The notes below the pieces were generated by a model. The model saw nothing but the letters and a program-made list of their open reading frames with translations. It was not told the origin of the DNA and did no database searches. Positions 62,112 through 64,000 of a stretch of DNA of 64,000 nucleotides are shown here, piece by piece (the first letter of the stretch is position 1; each line of letters starts with the position of its first letter). Where the stretch lies: NCBI GenBank assembly GCA_951406725.2, contig OX597814.1, forward strand, positions 134,850,001 to 134,914,000, written 5' to 3'. A program made the translations under genes and the position numbers. Source of the stretch: Octopus vulgaris. Taxonomy: Eukaryota.

Positions 62112-64000
62112 TTAACTGGTTTCATAATCAGCCAACCAGGGAGGAGGGTGCCGTTCCCTCTGTGGTCGCAGTGCGACCCTAGGACTGGTTCCTGATATGT
62201 TGCTGCTGGCCTCATCATCCTGTCTACTGGTGTTGTTTTCATCTTGCCCACTGCTGCTGGTCTCATCCTCTGAGGCATGGACAATCCTCCGTATATCCAA
62301 AACATGGTGTGGCATACCATCGACTGAGATGTTATTCTTTGAATTTACAGAGGTTATTGTCCCCTTTCCCCATTGTGATGTACACTGCGCGTTTGGGGGT
62401 TTTACCCAGACTTCCTCCCCAACCTGCACGAAGGCGTGCTCTTCCTCTGCCCCGGGTCGCATTGATGTAATACACAGATGCCTCCACTCGTACCTGAATA
62501 TTGCCCTGTGTGGCACTGACTCCTCAGCCTGTCCTGATCTGGGTGACATATTGTACCAAAATACAGCCTCGATTGGTGAAATGTGACCCCTCTCTGCCAT
62601 GGCCTTGATGGTACGATGATGCCTTTCCACCACCCCATTTCCACTTGGCCGGTATACCGCCCTGAAGAAGCGGTTGACCTTCCACTCATCAAGCATTTCT
62701 TTCAGCACATCCGATCGAAATGCAGTGCCATTGTCCAGAAGCAGTTCATCCACGGGGCCTCGTTCCAGGAATATCTCATTCAACACTTTCACAATTTCTT
62801 CTGCGGTCCCCGTCTTCATCTCCCTCTATATGGCCAACTGCCCCGGTCCACGGTCAACCATTGAGAGGTATGTCCCCTGCCAGTAGTGTGTTATGTCCAC
62901 CGCCAGTCGTTTCCAGTCATGGTCCACTGGAATACTTCCCGCTTTATGTACGACCGGAGCAGGGTCGATGGACTGGCACCTGTCACAACTGCTAACCACT
63001 CTCTGCACGCTCTGTCTTGTTACGTCGGAGTCAACTTTTCTGGCTAGGAACAATGTCCTGTCTACACCCATGTGATGCATGGTGTGCAGTCTCCGCAACA
63101 CCGAGTCGCTCAGACGGCATACTGCAGCTACAGCCTGCTTCGCATCCTCTGGCACCTGCAACTAGGCTCGCTTTACCCTGGTCAGGACATCTGCCCTGTT
63201 CTTCTTGGAAGGCACAAAGATCACGCTCAGCTTCAGATTGAACTCAGTGGTTAGTTCACGCAGTATTCCCAATCGACGCTTTACCAGCATCTCTGCAGCC
63301 TCTTTGGTCTGCACCCTCCACTCATCGGTGATGACTGCTGTCACCCAACCAAGTACAGTGGCTGAATCAGTCCTGATTTCTATGGTGTGCAACCCCCACT
63401 TCAAGGCTAGGTTCACCCCCTTCAACATGGCATCCAACTCCGCCACATTGATATGATTGCAGTCATCCATCTTCCTGAACCAAGCTGCATCTTCCACCAT
63501 GACACCTCCCACTTCTAAGACGACCCCTATTGCGATGCTACTGGCGTCACACCATACGATCCCGCTCTTTGATTTGGGAACATACCAGCTGCCCCTCACT
63601 GGGTCCTCTGCTCCTACTCTGACCAAGACTTCCTGCATCATGTCGATTGTCCTCTCCCCCACTCTATCATTCCACTTCACTCCTTCAGCTCATCTCTTGA
63701 TGAAGCTACATGCTGTTCGGAGCCAACCTGCAATCGGGTAATGTCCCACCAGCTTCCCACACACAGAGAACAGTTCCCATCTACTTATGCTAGTGCCCAG
63801 TTCAGGGACCTCATTCCCTCGCTGGAACACCAACGCGCTGGCCTTGTCTCTCCATAGCTTGAGGCCCAGTGCAGCACCTCCCTCCATTGCCTCTGGTGGC
63901 TTGGCGATCAGTCCAAAACTCTTCAGGTGGCCTATGACCTCCGTTGCTGGTATCACGGTTTCATCCACCAGAATGTCATCGATGTACGAATTGGTGGCCC
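62112..64000 (-). mobile_element. LTR retrotransposon pol (RT-RNase H-integrase order, Gypsy-like), three in-frame stops
   Basis: YIDDILV (about 63965-63986), RNase H WCDASS..INVAEL..TDS..NRAD, integrase HHCC (HTMHHMG..CDRC) and D,D,E (AVDIT, LDNGT, VERHH). The four ORFs share one reading frame. Confidence 0.93.

Noticed and set aside
62826-63692. Programmed readthrough or deaminase hypermutation explaining the pol stops
   Set aside because: Three scattered stops inside pol are most simply point mutations (probably TGG to TAG and CGA to TGA); too few events to infer a mechanism.

Overview
Eukaryotic, AT-rich, intron-rich animal genomic DNA. The repeat families resemble those I recall from octopus (cephalopod) genomes; the organism is an inference. 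Four spliced protein-coding genes were reconstructed by hand with consistent GT-AG sites and phases. (1) SPT6/SUPT6H, minus strand: 9 coding exons from ATG 10783 to 560, continuing off the left edge. (2) MND1, plus strand: 6 coding exons, 18748-32299, 204 aa. (3) A C2H2 zinc-finger gene, minus strand: 2 coding exons, 41436-36584, 8 fingers. (4) CCDC86/Cgr1-like, plus strand: 4 exons, 48940-58016, 144 aa. They form two head-to-head pairs. Introns and spacers are filled with mobile-element relics: tRNA-derived SINEs, RTE, CR1-like and R4/Dong-like LINE fragments, a Penelope-like element, piggyBac and hAT elements/MITEs, Helitrons, and a nearly intact LTR-retrotransposon pol at the right edge. 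The most intriguing signals are a tRNA-like Pol III head just upstream of a decayed hammerhead-ribozyme motif in the Penelope terminal repeat, a palindrome plus inverted-repeat complex upstream of MND1, a (TAA)n landing pad with stacked Dong-like LINEs, and an LTR element with a very short candidate LTR. No alignments or searches were run; identities are by eye.
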